Source of the DNA: an uncultured delta proteobacterium
Lineage (GTDB): Bacteria; Desulfobacterota; Binatia; Binatales; Binataceae
Length of the DNA stretch: 64,000 bases
Assembly (NCBI GenBank): GCA_963724765.1
Contig: CAVRVY010000003.1
Coordinates: 320,001-384,000 of the forward strand
Reading direction: 5' to 3'
Shown piece by piece: positions 38,809 through 49,592 of this stretch (the first letter of the stretch is position 1; the number at the start of each line of letters is the position of its first letter). The notes under the pieces are model-generated. The model was not told where the DNA came from, made no database searches, and saw only the letters and a list, made by a program, of their open reading frames with translations. The translations under genes were made by a program, and so were the position numbers.

Positions 38809-40440
38809 ATGGCAATTGTCAGAGGCGAGCAGATAATCGCGCGCTGCTTTAGAAACGAAAAGGTCGATACGATCTTTTTCATGATGGGCGGTCCGACCAG
38901 CGGCACCGCGGGCGCCTGTCTCGATCTTGGGATGAAGGGCATCTATGTGCGCCACGAGCAGGCGGCGGCGATGATGGCGCACGCGTACGCGCGCGTCACC
39001 GGCAAGCCGGGCGTGTGCATCACGCCGTCGGGCCCCGGCACGGCCAACGCGCTCACGGGACTCGCCAACGCGTGGGCCGACGCCACCCCGATAATCGCGA
39101 TCGGCGGTTCGGCGCCGATGCGCGCGACGACGCTCGACGCCTTCCAGGAGATGGACCAGGTGGCGATCATGAAGCCGGTAGTGAAGGCAGCCTACCGGGT
39201 CGACATGGCGAGCCGCATCCCGGAGTACATCAGCGTCGCGTTTCGTGAGGCGCTCGACGCCAAGAAGGGCCCGGTCTACCTCGACCTGCCCGGCGACATT
39301 CTCAATCACAAGGTCGACGACGAAAAAATCCTGTTCCCCGTCAACTACCGCGTCGAGAGCCGGCCGGCCGGCGACCCGGTGCAGGTGGAACGCGCGATTG
39401 AGTTGCTCGCCGCGGCCGAGCGCCCGATCGTCGTCACCGGCAGCGGCGTGTTGTGGTCGGGGGCGTCCGCCGAACTGCGCGACTTCATCGACAGCACCGG
39501 ACTGCCGTTTTACACCACGCCGCAGGGCCGCGGAGTGATTCCCGAAGACCATCCGCGCTCGTTTCCGGGCGCGCGCTCGATGGCGTTTCGCGAGGCCGAC
39601 GTGGTGCTGGTGGTGGGTGCGCGGGCGAACTCGATGCTCTCGTTTCTGCGCGCGCCGCGGTTCTCGCCCGACGCCCGCTTCATCAGCGTCAACCTCGACG
39701 GCCGCGAGATCGGCCACAACCGCGGTGTCGAGGTAGGAATCATCGGCGACGCTAGGCTGGTGCTGCGCCAGTTGACCGAGGAGGCGGACGGCCGCTTTGA
39801 GGCGCATCGCGAGAGCGCGTGGGTCGCCCAACTCAGCGCCAAGCATCGCTCCAACCAGGAGCGTTCGACGCCGCTGCTCCATTCCGACGCCGTGCCGATC
39901 CATCCGCTGCGCCTGTGCCGCGAGGTTCGTGATCTGATCTCGCGTGACACGATCCTCATCGTCGACGGCCACGAGATTTTGAACTTTGCGCGCCAGTCGA
40001 TTCCGATCTACCAGGCCGGATGCAGCCTCAACGCGGGGCCGCACGGATGCATGGGCGTCGGCGTGCCGTTCGGAATCGGGGCCAAGGTCGCGCGGCCCGA
40101 AGCGCCGGTCCTGGTGCTCTCGGGCGACGGCGCATTTGGATGGAACGGGATGGAGATGGACACGGCGATTCGCCATCAGCTGCCGATCGTGGTGGTGATG
40201 TCGAACAACGCCGGCTTCACCTCGCGCAAGACCGGCGGCACGGTGGGCCGTGAACTCGGATGGCAGCGCTACGACAAGATGGTCGAGGCGCTGGGCGGAT
40301 ACGGCGAGTTCGTCGAGAAGCCCGACGACATCCGCGGCGCAATCGAACGCGCGTTCAAAAGCGGCAAGCCCGCGCTTGTCAACGTCTGCACCGACCCCGA
40401 GGCTCAAGCGACCACGGACATGGGGTTTGCGGGCTACTGA
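38809..40440 (+). CDS. TPP-dependent enzyme (2-hydroxyacyl-CoA lyase / oxalyl-CoA decarboxylase-like)
   Basis: RHEQAAAMMA, GCMGVGVPFGIGA, GDGAFGWNGMEMDT...NN. Confidence 0.88.
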   Translation: MAIVRGEQIIARCFRNEKVDTIFFMMGGPTSGTAGACLDLGMKGIYVRHEQAAAMMAHAYARVTGKPGVCITPSGPGTANALTGLANAWADATPIIAIGGSAPMRATTLDAFQEMDQVAIMKPVVKAAYRVDMASRIPEYISVAFREALDAKKGPVYLDLPGDILNHKVDDEKILFPVNYRVESRPAGDPVQVERAIELLAAAERPIVVTGSGVLWSGASAELRDFIDSTGLPFYTTPQGRGVIPEDHPRSFPGARSMAFREADVVLVVGARANSMLSFLRAPRFSPDARFISVNLDGREIGHNRGVEVGIIGDARLVLRQLTEEADGRFEAHRESAWVAQLSAKHRSNQERSTPLLHSDAVPIHPLRLCREVRDLISRDTILIVDGHEILNFARQSIPIYQAGCSLNAGPHGCMGVGVPFGIGAKVARPEAPVLVLSGDGAFGWNGMEMDTAIRHQLPIVVVMSNNAGFTSRKTGGTVGRELGWQRYDKMVEALGGYGEFVEKPDDIRGAIERAFKSGKPALVNVCTDPEAQATTDMGFAGY

Positions 40441-40458
40441 AGGGCTGAAGGTGGATTA

Positions 40459-40650
40459 ATGACGAAGCCTTTCGAATACCGGGTCGTGGTCGAGCGGAGT
40501 CCCGACGACGAAGCCTTTGTCGCTCGCGTACGTGCGCTGCCAGGATGCGCTGCTTACGGCAGCACGCCGGAGCACGCCACGCGCGAGGCGATTATCGCGG
40601 CCCGTGCGATTCTCGACTCAATGCGAGCCCACGGTACGGCTAGAACTTAG
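40459..40650 (+). CDS. Short HicB-like protein (no HicA nearby)
   Basis: YRVVVERSPDDEAFVARVRALPGCAAYGSTPEHATREA. Confidence 0.7.
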   Translation: MTKPFEYRVVVERSPDDEAFVARVRALPGCAAYGSTPEHATREAIIAARAILDSMRAHGTART

Positions 40651-40668
40651 AGCGTCAGTCGTGCGGAC

Positions 40669-41559
40669 TCATCGGCCGCCGGTGCGGCGGGCCACCTCAA
40701 GCACGCGGCGCGCGCGCGTCAGATGCGGCACGTCGACCATCTCGCCGCGAAACGTGAACGCCATCCGCCCGGCCTTGCTGTTCTCCTCGAACGCCGCGAG
40801 GAGTTCCTCGGCGTCGGCAACCTCCTGCTTGCTGGGCGAGAAAACCTCGTTGACGATTTCGATCTGGCTTGGATGGATCGTGATCTTGCCAGTGAAGCCC
40901 ATCCAGGCGCCCTCGATACAATCGCGGCGGCATCCGTCGGGATCCTTGATGTTGACAAACACGGTATCGATCGGCTGCACCGCGGCCGCGGTGGCGGCGA
41001 GCAGCGTCATGATCCGCGCGTAGCGGAAAACTTCAAGGAACTCGCCGCGCTCGTCGCGATTGCGCCGCGCGCCGATCGCCGCCGAAAGGTCCTCGGCGCC
41101 CCACGACATGCTGTCGACGCGCGGATGCAGGCCGAGATCCTTGATGTTGAGCAGGGCTTGCGGCGTTTCGGTCGCGAGCAGTAGCAGCTTGACGCTCCGC
41201 TCGGGGTAGCGGTACTGCTTCTCGAGTCCGCTCAAGATCGAATCGATCTTTTCCACGTCAGCGAAGGTCCGCACCTTCGGCACCATGTAGGAATCCGGCC
41301 GCCCCGCCATCGTGGCCTCGAGGTCGGCGACTCCCCATGGCGTGTCCAGCGGATTCATCCGCACCATCCGCTCGCGGCCCTTGAAGTCCACCTTTTGCAG
41401 CCACTCGGTGACCGTCTTGCGCGCGGAGGCCTTGTTGTCAGGCGTAACTGAGTCCTCGAGGTCGAGCACCAGCGCGTCGGCCGGCAGATCGATCGACTTG
41501 GCCAGCATCTTGTCGTTGGCGCCGGGCACGAAATGCACGGCGCGGCGCAGCGTCTCCAT
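40669..41559 (-). CDS. CitE/HpcH-family CoA ester lyase
   Basis: RRAVHFVPG, LDLEDSV, VRMN, GAEDLSA, GFTGKITIHPSQI, MVDVPH. Confidence 0.92.
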   Translation of the reverse strand: METLRRAVHFVPGANDKMLAKSIDLPADALVLDLEDSVTPDNKASARKTVTEWLQKVDFKGRERMVRMNPLDTPWGVADLEATMAGRPDSYMVPKVRTFADVEKIDSILSGLEKQYRYPERSVKLLLLATETPQALLNIKDLGLHPRVDSMSWGAEDLSAAIGARRNRDERGEFLEVFRYARIMTLLAATAAAVQPIDTVFVNIKDPDGCRRDCIEGAWMGFTGKITIHPSQIEIVNEVFSPSKQEVADAEELLAAFEENSKAGRMAFTFRGEMVDVPHLTRARRVLEVARRTGGR

Positions 41560-41578
41560 GATCGACAACTCCAATTGG

Positions 41579-42031
41579 CTACTTGTTGGGCTTGCGCAGC
41601 ATCATCGCCGCCCGCTTGCAGCGCATCACGGTCTCATTGCGCTGGTTGCGCGCGCGATGCTCGAGGATCACGATGCCCCAGTTGGGATGCGATTTTGACG
41701 GCCGCACCTCCAGCACTTCGCTTTCGGCATAGAGCGTGTCGCCGATGAACACCGGCTTGGGAAATTCCACTTTCTCGAAACCCAGGTTGCCGACCGTGGT
41801 GCCGAGCGTGAGATCGCCGACCGAAAGCCCGACCGTCAGGCCCAGGGTGAAGATCGAGTTGACCAGGACCTGGCCGAACTCGGCCTTTTTGCCGAACTCG
41901 GCGTCGAGATGCAACGGCTGCACGTTCATCGTGAGCGTCGTGATCAGCAGGTTGTCGGTCTCGGTGACCGTGCGGCCGGGCTGATGCTGAAATGTCTCAC
42001 CGACGTTGAACTCTTCGAAATACTTGCCCAT
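41579..42031 (-). CDS. MaoC-family dehydratase/hydratase
   Basis: [31 protein letters not shown]. Confidence 0.93.
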   Translation of the reverse strand: MGKYFEEFNVGETFQHQPGRTVTETDNLLITTLTMNVQPLHLDAEFGKKAEFGQVLVNSIFTLGLTVGLSVGDLTLGTTVGNLGFEKVEFPKPVFIGDTLYAESEVLEVRPSKSHPNWGIVILEHRARNQRNETVMRCKRAAMMLRKPNK

Positions 42032-42162
42032 CGTGATCGCTCCCAACGCAAAGATGCGCGAATTTTGGCCCGCGCCGCTTAGCGCGGGCGCCCCGAATCA
42101 TAGTCCAGCCGCGCGCCCGCAACCAGCCGCGCGCGGGCGTCCTTCCGGGCCGTCTTCGCCAC

Positions 42163-44172
42163 TCAGACGTGCCGCGGCGGCCGGCGCACGCGAGCGGCGG
42201 TGCGCCGGGGCGGCTGTTTCTTCAGCTCAGGGATATTGGCGTAGAAATCCAGCGCTTCCGGGTTTGCCGCCGCCTCGCGGTTGGTTACCGCCACGCCGTG
42301 GATCAGGTTGCGCACGGCCAGCTCCATCAGCTTACCGTTGCGCGTGCGCGGGATGTCGGGCACCTGGATCACCTTGGCCGGGACGTGGCGCGGCGTGAGA
42401 TTGCGGCGAATCGTCTCGCGGATTTTGTCGCGCAGCGCGTCGTCGAGTTTGAGCCCGTCGCGCAGTTTTACGAACAGCACGATCCGAACGTCGTTGTCCC
42501 AGTCCTGGCTAACCGCCATGCACTCCGCCACTTCATCGAGCTGCTCGGTCTGGCGATAAATCTCCGCCGTGCCGATCCGCACGCCGCCCGGATTGAGCGT
42601 CGCATCGGAGCGCCCGTAGATAATCATTCCGTCGTGCGCGGTCAGTTCGGCCCAATCCCCGTGGCACCACACGCCGGGAAAGCGCTCGAAGTAAGCGGAG
42701 CGGTATTTCGCTCCGTCAGGATCGTTCCAGAAAAACAGCGGCATCGTGACGAACGGTGCGGTGCACACCAGCTCGCCCTTGGTCTCGCTCACCGGGTGTC
42801 CATTCTCATCCCACACCTCGACGCGCATTCCGAGGCCGCGGCATTGCAACTCGCCGCGCCATACCGGAGCGATCGGGTTGCCCAGCGCGAAGCACGAGAC
42901 CAGATCGGTGCCGCCCGAAATGGACGCGAGACACATGTCTTCCTTGACCGCCGCGTACACGTAGTCGAAGCCCTCGGGCGCAAGCGGCGATCCGGTCGAG
43001 CACATCGTGCGCAACGCGTCGAGCCGATGCGTCCGCTTAGGCTCGAGGCCCGCCTTGCGGATCGCGTCGATATACTTGGCCGAGGTGCCGAATACTGTCA
43101 TCCGCTCGATCTCGGCGTAGTCGAACAAGATTCCCGGATGCGGATGGAATGGCGAGCCGTCGTAAAGCAGCAGCGTCGCGCCCGAGGCGAGCCCCGAGAC
43201 CAGCCAGTTCCACATCATCCATCCGCAGGTTGTGAAATAAAAAATTCGATCGCCCGGCCGCACGTCGGTATGGAGCTGATGCTCCTTGAGATGCTGCAAC
43301 AGGACGCCGCCTGCGCCATGCACGATACACTTGGGCACGCCGGTGGTGCCCGAGGAATAGAGGATATAAAGCGAATGACCGAACGGGAGGCGGGCGAATT
43401 CTATTTCGCCGGGCTTAAAGGGGGCGAGAAATTCGTCCAGGGTGACGGCGCCGGCCGGCACGTGGAGATCGGATGGCGCGTTGACGTAGGGCACGACCAC
43501 CATCCGCTCGACGCCTTTCATCCGCGTGCGCAACTCGCCGACCTTGTCCAGCGTGTCGAAGGCCTTGCCGCCATAGAAATACCCGTCGGCGACGAATACG
43601 ACCTTGGGCTCGATCTGCCCGAAGCGATCGACCACGCCCTCGACGCCGAAGTCGGGCGAGCATGAAGACCAGATCGCGCCGATCGCCGCCGCCGCCAGCG
43701 CGCCGATCACCGTTTCGGGCAAATTGGGCAGATAGCCGGCGACGCGGTCGCCCTCTTTGACTCCGGCGGCGCGCAAGGCCTGCACGGTGCGCGAGACTTG
43801 CGCGTAAAGCTCGTCGCGGCTAAGGCGCCGGCGCACCTTGTCCTCGCCCCAGAAAACTATCGCATCGTCCGCGCCACGCAGCCGCAGACAATTCTCGGCG
43901 AAGTTCAGCCGACCCTCGGGAAACCATCGCGCCCCCGGCATCCGCTCGCCGTCGGCGGTGATCGCGCTGCCCTGATCGCCAATCGCGTCGCAGAAGTTCC
44001 ACACCATGCGCCAGAAGAACTCTCGATTTTCGACCGACCATCGCCAGAGCGCGCCATAGTCGGAAATCGACACCGAGTGCGCCGCCTCGACCGCCCGCAT
44101 GAAGGCGGTCATCCGGGCATCAGCGATCCGTTCGGGCGACGGCGCCCACAGTTTCTGATTCGTGGCGGACAT
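42163..44172 (-). CDS. Acetoacetate--CoA ligase
   Basis: [57 protein letters not shown]. Confidence 0.93.
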   Translation of the reverse strand: MSATNQKLWAPSPERIADARMTAFMRAVEAAHSVSISDYGALWRWSVENREFFWRMVWNFCDAIGDQGSAITADGERMPGARWFPEGRLNFAENCLRLRGADDAIVFWGEDKVRRRLSRDELYAQVSRTVQALRAAGVKEGDRVAGYLPNLPETVIGALAAAAIGAIWSSCSPDFGVEGVVDRFGQIEPKVVFVADGYFYGGKAFDTLDKVGELRTRMKGVERMVVVPYVNAPSDLHVPAGAVTLDEFLAPFKPGEIEFARLPFGHSLYILYSSGTTGVPKCIVHGAGGVLLQHLKEHQLHTDVRPGDRIFYFTTCGWMMWNWLVSGLASGATLLLYDGSPFHPHPGILFDYAEIERMTVFGTSAKYIDAIRKAGLEPKRTHRLDALRTMCSTGSPLAPEGFDYVYAAVKEDMCLASISGGTDLVSCFALGNPIAPVWRGELQCRGLGMRVEVWDENGHPVSETKGELVCTAPFVTMPLFFWNDPDGAKYRSAYFERFPGVWCHGDWAELTAHDGMIIYGRSDATLNPGGVRIGTAEIYRQTEQLDEVAECMAVSQDWDNDVRIVLFVKLRDGLKLDDALRDKIRETIRRNLTPRHVPAKVIQVPDIPRTRNGKLMELAVRNLIHGVAVTNREAAANPEALDFYANIPELKKQPPRRTAARVRRPPRHV

Positions 44173-44188
44173 GGCGATAGCTTGGGCG

Positions 44189-45040
44189 CTATACCTTGTC
44201 GATAATTTCGGCGCGGAAGCGCTCGAGCTCCGCGCCCTCGAGCGCCTTGATCGGCAGCCCGGCGAGCGTGCGATCGACGCCGAGCTCGGCCATCCGCCGC
44301 ACGTCGTCGGCGCTAAGCGGTTTGCCGGTGCGGAGACTCAGCGTGATTTCGATCGGCCGCGAGCGTTCGGCCGCGCGTGCATACTCGCGCAAGTGCGAAA
44401 TCTGCGTCCGCGCCTCGTCGAGGCTATGCGCGATCCCGTACCATCCGTCGCCCAGCCTGACCGTGCGCTTGAGCGCGGGCTCGCTGGTGCCGCCGAAGAT
44501 GATCGGCGGATGCGGCTGCTGGACGGTCTTGGGCATAAACTTCATCCCCTGGGTCGAAACCGTCTTGCCTTGATAGAGCGGGTTGGCCTTGCTCCACAGC
44601 TCGATCATCAACTCCAGGTACTCGCGAGTGCGCAGCGCGCGGTCCTCGAACTTCATCCCGACCGCCTCGAATTCCTCCTTGAGCCATCCGATACCGACGC
44701 CGAAGATGACGCGGCCGTGGCTCAGTTGGTCGAGCGTGGCGATCGCCTTGGCAGTTGCAAACGCGTTGCGCAGCGGCACCACGAAGATGCCGGTGGCGAG
44801 GCGAATTTTCGTGGTCAGCGCGGCGACGTAGGCGAGCGTGAGCAGCGGATCGTGAAACGGCGCGTCGGGCGGCACTAGAAAGCGGCCGTCGGCCGTATAT
44901 GGATAGGCCGAGGTCTGGTTCACGGGCATGATTAGATGCTCCGCGATCCAGGCCGACTCGAAGCCGACCTGCTCGGCCTGGCGTACGTCGGCGGCGATCG
45001 CCTCGCCGCGCTGCTTGGTGATGAAGGTGCCGAATTTCAT
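44189..45040 (-). CDS. LLM-class (probably F420-dependent) oxidoreductase
   Basis: [38 protein letters not shown]. Confidence 0.9.
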   Translation of the reverse strand: MKFGTFITKQRGEAIAADVRQAEQVGFESAWIAEHLIMPVNQTSAYPYTADGRFLVPPDAPFHDPLLTLAYVAALTTKIRLATGIFVVPLRNAFATAKAIATLDQLSHGRVIFGVGIGWLKEEFEAVGMKFEDRALRTREYLELMIELWSKANPLYQGKTVSTQGMKFMPKTVQQPHPPIIFGGTSEPALKRTVRLGDGWYGIAHSLDEARTQISHLREYARAAERSRPIEITLSLRTGKPLSADDVRRMAELGVDRTLAGLPIKALEGAELERFRAEIIDKV

Positions 45041-45088
45041 GAGCGCGTACCTCGCCGCGAATTCGTCATCTGAATCAGGTAAATCGGG

Positions 45089-46369
45089 CTAGTAGATCGG
45101 GCCGAAAACTGCCCGCGCGTGGCGCTCGAGCGGCTCGCGAAAGTCCGGATGAGCGATCGCGATCAGCCGCCGCGCGCGTTCTTCCAGACTGATGCCGCGC
45201 AGATGCGCCGCGCCGAACTCGGTGGCCACGATATCGACATCGGAGCGCGCCGTGGTCACCACCGGATCGTTCAGCGCGGCCGTGATCCGGCTGACCTTGC
45301 CGCCGCGCGCGGTCGCCGGCAATGCGATTATCGATTTCCCGCCGCGCGAGCGCCGCGCCGCGCGTACGTAGTCCACCTGGCCGCCGACCGCGCCGATATA
45401 CGTTCCGCCTGCGACCTCGGCGTTGACCTGGCCGCTCAGGTCGACTTCGATCGCGGAATTGAGCGACACGAAGGCGTCGATTCGCGCCAGCAATTCGACG
45501 TTGTGCGTTTTGCTGAGCGGCACGAGGCGCAAGGCGGGGTTGCGATGGACGAAGTCGTACAGCTTGCGCGTGCCCAACAGCGTCCCGGTGACGCTCGCAT
45601 CGCGGTCGAATGGCTTGGTCTCGTTGGTCACCGCGCCGGACTTGATCAGGTCCACCACGGCGTCGCTGACCATCCCCGAATGCAGCCCGAGCCGGCGATG
45701 GCCATGCAGGGCGTCCAGGATCGCGCACGGCATCGCACCGATTCCCATCTGGATTACCGCGCCCTCGGGCACCAGCTCCGCGACCTGCCGCGCGATCTTT
45801 TTGTCGACCGCGCTCGGCTCGCGCGTGGAATGCTCCAGCGGCGGGCGCGAGCTGCGCACGATATAGTCGACCCGCGACATGTCGAGCGGCTCGTCGGAGT
45901 AGGTCCACGGCAGTTGATCGTTGACCTGGGCAATCACCGTGCGCGCGCGGCGCATCGCGATCTTCAGATAATCGTTCACGAGCCCCATGCTGTATTCAGC
46001 GCCGCCGTCGGCGGGCGGGCTTAGATGAAGCAGCACGACGTCGGCTTTGAGGATACCGCTATCGAACAGCGACTCGACGTCGGAAAGCTGGCACGGGATG
46101 AGGCGCAGCACGCCCGCATCGATCAGGCGGCGCCGGGTCCCGATCGCGCTCATGCTGAGAAACGTCAGGCAATCGGCATGCTCCGGCTGCAGCGTCTCCG
46201 AATATCCCGGCCCGAGAAATAGCGTGATCGGACCGATCTCGTGGCGCTGCGCGACCAGCGTCTCCGTCAGCGTCAGCGGCTCGGCCGCCCCTTGCGCCGA
46301 AACCACGGTGTCGCCGCGCCTGATATAGCGCGCAAGCTCAAGCTCTTCGGCTCGCAGTTCGATAGTCAT
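45089..46369 (-). CDS. Acetyl-CoA hydrolase/transferase family (4-hydroxybutyrate CoA-transferase-like)
   Basis: QMGIGAMP, NSAIEVDLSGQVNAE, GGQVDY, LIAIAHPDFRE; note LGLHSGM where HSE is usual. Confidence 0.9.
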   Translation of the reverse strand: MTIELRAEELELARYIRRGDTVVSAQGAAEPLTLTETLVAQRHEIGPITLFLGPGYSETLQPEHADCLTFLSMSAIGTRRRLIDAGVLRLIPCQLSDVESLFDSGILKADVVLLHLSPPADGGAEYSMGLVNDYLKIAMRRARTVIAQVNDQLPWTYSDEPLDMSRVDYIVRSSRPPLEHSTREPSAVDKKIARQVAELVPEGAVIQMGIGAMPCAILDALHGHRRLGLHSGMVSDAVVDLIKSGAVTNETKPFDRDASVTGTLLGTRKLYDFVHRNPALRLVPLSKTHNVELLARIDAFVSLNSAIEVDLSGQVNAEVAGGTYIGAVGGQVDYVRAARRSRGGKSIIALPATARGGKVSRITAALNDPVVTTARSDVDIVATEFGAAHLRGISLEERARRLIAIAHPDFREPLERHARAVFGPIY

Positions 46370-46462
46370 CGTGAAAGGCGGCTCGATTGAGAGACTCCTG
46401 CGAGAGATCCAGCGATAGGTTCCGCGATAGTTCTTGCGGCAGCGCTAGCCCGGCCGGCGGCG

Positions 46463-46900
46463 CTAATTGGCGGATAAGGTCGCAGACCGCTTGCGGCGGC
46501 CGGGCATGCGCCGCGGCCGTGTGGAAATCGCCCGCTGCGGTGTCCGCAGCGAACCGATCTGGTGTTCAACGCGTGTTCCGGGCGTCGGCGGAGGCGGCGC
46601 GGGCGGCGGATCCAACCGCGCATCGTCCTGCATCAGGAGAAAGAAAAACATGTTGGCGAGAACGATCTTGGTCAGCCCGATAACCGAGACCAGCGCCGCC
46701 ACCAGCACCCACTTCGAGGAGTCGTGGCCGAGCCATCCCATTTTCACTCCGACGCCCAGCGTCGCAACGGCCGCCACGATGACGACGCCCATTCCGATCG
46801 ACGCCGGCACCATCGATTTGCGCCAGAACGCCTCGGCCGAGTACGGATTGGCCGCGGCGTTTAGCGGTCGCCGGCGCTGGAGCAGAATGACGGTTGCCAC
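46463..46900 (-). CDS. Hypothetical two-TM membrane protein with Pro-rich tail
   Basis: SD AGGAAG; two hydrophobic segments; PPPAPPPPTP. Confidence 0.5.
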   Translation of the reverse strand: MATVILLQRRRPLNAAANPYSAEAFWRKSMVPASIGMGVVIVAAVATLGVGVKMGWLGHDSSKWVLVAALVSVIGLTKIVLANMFFFLLMQDDARLDPPPAPPPPTPGTRVEHQIGSLRTPQRAISTRPRRMPGRRKRSATLSAN

Positions 46901-47166
46901 ATTCTTCCTGTCGATGTTTTATGCTCCACTGCGCGGCGGGGCGCAAGCGGCAGGACCCGATTACGTCGCCTTTCGAACCTAAGCGATGGACCGGCTCGCC
47001 GCCGGGGTAAAAAAGCCTTTGCCTCATCGCGCAATAAAGTCTAGACAGGATGCGGTACGTGACAGGACCCGGGGCTGACAAGATGCGGCAGCTGTGCGGC
47101 CCGGGGCGGGCGCCGGGCGGGACCGCGGACCCGTGACGCTGAAGTTACGATGACGGAGGACAGGCA

Positions 47167-48189
47167 ATGAAGTTCGGCGTGATGTACGACTTTCGCAATC
47201 CGAAGCAGTGGCGGCGCCCCTATACGGAGTTATACGCCGCGATGATCGATCAGGCCGCGATGCTCGACGAACTCGGCTACGACAACGTGTGGCTGACCGA
47301 GCATCACTTTGTTGACGACGGCTATAACCCGTCCGTGCTGCCGACCGCGGCGGCGATCGCCGCGCGCACCAAAAAAATCCGCATCGGCACCTTCGTGCTG
47401 CTGCTGCCGTTTCACAACCCGGTGCGGGTCGCCGAAGACGCCACCTGCGTAGACATCCTCTCCAACGGGCGCTTCGACCTCGGCGTCGGACAAGGCTACC
47501 GTGCCGAGGAGTTCGCGGCCTTCAAACTCCCGCGTCCCGAGCGATCGGCGCGCCTGGCCGAGGGCGTCGAGCTTATCCGGCGGCTGTGGACCGAGGAGCA
47601 GGTCACCTTCGCGGGCAAGTTCAACCAGGTCGAGGCGATGGCGCTGCATCCCAAGCCCGTGCAGCAGCCCCATCCGCCGATCTGGATCGGCGCGCGGACC
47701 GACAAGGCCGCCCGCCGCGCCGCCCGCCTGGGACATCATCTGCTCGCCACGATCGGGCCCGACCCCGCAATCCCATACCGCGACGAACTGAAGCTGCTCG
47801 GGCGCGACCCCGCGAAATTTTCGATCGCTCAGTTGCGGGTCGTGTACGTCGCCGAATCGGCCGACCGCGCCTGGCACGACATCCAGGATCATCTGAACTA
47901 CATGATGGGCGAGTACGCGCAGTGGCTGGGCGAGGCCAACGACGTGGCCGGCGACAAGGCGGTATGGGAGTTGCGGCGCCCCGAGGATCTGCGCACTTCG
48001 CCGTACGCCGAGCACATGATGGTCGGAACACCGGCGGAGTGTATCGCGAAGTTCAAGGCCTTCAGCCGCCAGTACGCGTGCACGCACTTCATCATGGCGA
48101 CGCCGCTGCCCGGGATCGATCCGGCCAAGGCACGCCGCTCGCTGGAGCTGTTCGCGAGCGAGGTGCGGCCGCATCTGGCGGGACTCTGA
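47167..48189 (+). CDS. LLM-class flavin-dependent oxidoreductase
   Basis: [30 protein letters not shown]. Confidence 0.93.
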   Translation: MKFGVMYDFRNPKQWRRPYTELYAAMIDQAAMLDELGYDNVWLTEHHFVDDGYNPSVLPTAAAIAARTKKIRIGTFVLLLPFHNPVRVAEDATCVDILSNGRFDLGVGQGYRAEEFAAFKLPRPERSARLAEGVELIRRLWTEEQVTFAGKFNQVEAMALHPKPVQQPHPPIWIGARTDKAARRAARLGHHLLATIGPDPAIPYRDELKLLGRDPAKFSIAQLRVVYVAESADRAWHDIQDHLNYMMGEYAQWLGEANDVAGDKAVWELRRPEDLRTSPYAEHMMVGTPAECIAKFKAFSRQYACTHFIMATPLPGIDPAKARRSLELFASEVRPHLAGL

Positions 48190-48258
48190 TCGCGCGCCTC
48201 ATATAGGAAACCGAGTTGCGCCAACTCCACCACTGACCAGGTACGAGCGAGGTACAAG

Positions 48259-49326
48259 ATGGATTTCGGCTGTGTCTTCTTCGCAAGCCCCGACGCATAC
48301 AAGGACACCGCGCTGGCCGAGAAGATGGGCTTCACGCACGGCTGGCTATACGATTCGCAGATGCTCGGCAGCGACGTGTACGCGGCGCTCGCGTTGTGCG
48401 CGGTCAATACGCGCCGGCTCATCATCGGGCCCGGCGTAACCAATCCGCTCTCGCGGATAGCGCCGGTCACCGCCTGCGCGATGGCGACGATCAACGCGCT
48501 CGCGCCCGGCCGCGTGGTGCTCGGAATCGGCACCGGCAACACGGCCCGGCGCACGCTCGGGATGCCGGCCGCGCGGGTCGACCAGATGCGCGAGCACATC
48601 GAGATCTGCCGCGGCCTGCTGAAAGGCGAAACCGTCCCCTATCAGGAAGGCGAGCGGCGCCGGATGATCAAGTTTCTCAATCCCGGCGGCGGCTATATCA
48701 ACATCCGCAAGCGGGTGCCGATTTACGTCGCCGCCAGCGGCACGCGCAGCCTGGAGATGGCGGGTGAAATCGCCGACGGGGTGATCCTGTTCGGCGCGGT
48801 GGGGCCGAGCCTGATTGACTTCGTGATGAACAGCGTGCGCGTCGGAGCCGAACGCGCGGGACGCAAGCTCTCGAGCATCTACACGCTCTGCATGACCGCC
48901 TTTCACCTCACGCGTCCGGGCCAGAAACTCGAATCGACGCAGGTGCGGCGCGCCGTGGGGCCGTTCGTCGCCTCGTCGTCGAACATCTTCGCGCTGGCCG
49001 CGCCCGACAAGAACGATCTGCCCTCGGACCTGCGCGACGACATCACTAAATTTGCCGCGGCCTATAAGGTCGAGAACGAGCCCGCCGAGACGCGCCATCT
49101 CAAACTTTATTCGGGATACCTGCGGGGCTTTCGCAAGGAACATGAGGAGTTGGTGACCGAGCGGATGATTCGCGCGACCACGCTTACCGGCACACGCGAG
49201 GAGGTGATCGATTCGATCCGCTCGATGAAGAAGGCGGGCATCCGTCAGGTCGCAATCCAGCCGATCGTGGACAATCGAACGACGCTGCAGGCGTTTTCGC
49301 GCGAGATCATCAAGGTGATGCGCTAG
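48259..49326 (+). CDS. LLM-class oxidoreductase (Mer-like)
   Basis: WLYDSQ, GPGVTNPLSR, LGIGTG, PIYVAASG..AGEIADG. Confidence 0.9.
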   Translation: MDFGCVFFASPDAYKDTALAEKMGFTHGWLYDSQMLGSDVYAALALCAVNTRRLIIGPGVTNPLSRIAPVTACAMATINALAPGRVVLGIGTGNTARRTLGMPAARVDQMREHIEICRGLLKGETVPYQEGERRRMIKFLNPGGGYINIRKRVPIYVAASGTRSLEMAGEIADGVILFGAVGPSLIDFVMNSVRVGAERAGRKLSSIYTLCMTAFHLTRPGQKLESTQVRRAVGPFVASSSNIFALAAPDKNDLPSDLRDDITKFAAAYKVENEPAETRHLKLYSGYLRGFRKEHEELVTERMIRATTLTGTREEVIDSIRSMKKAGIRQVAIQPIVDNRTTLQAFSREIIKVMR

Positions 49327-49592
49327 GCCGCCCCCCCCCCGCAACAGACAGCGGCGTCGCCCCCGCGCGGCTGAGCGTTCCGCGCGTGCAGCGGCCCGAA
49401 GGTCGCAGAGGGGGCTGGCGCGGGGCTGTCATGCTTTTGCCCGTGCGGTGGCAAAAAGCTGTCTCTGCGGCGAGTCACTCGCGCCGCTGCGCCCAACTAA
49501 AGCGGTTTATGAGTCGGGTTTCCCGGTTTAGCAGGTCCGGTATGATAACGGTCTGAAAGTTGCTCCTACTGAGACAGGGACAAACTCTCAGC

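Noticed and set aside
49331-49340. Poly-C10 tract as a phase-variation switch
   Set aside because: It lies just after a stop codon and about 250 nt from the next start; more likely part of a GC hairpin or a homopolymer artefact.
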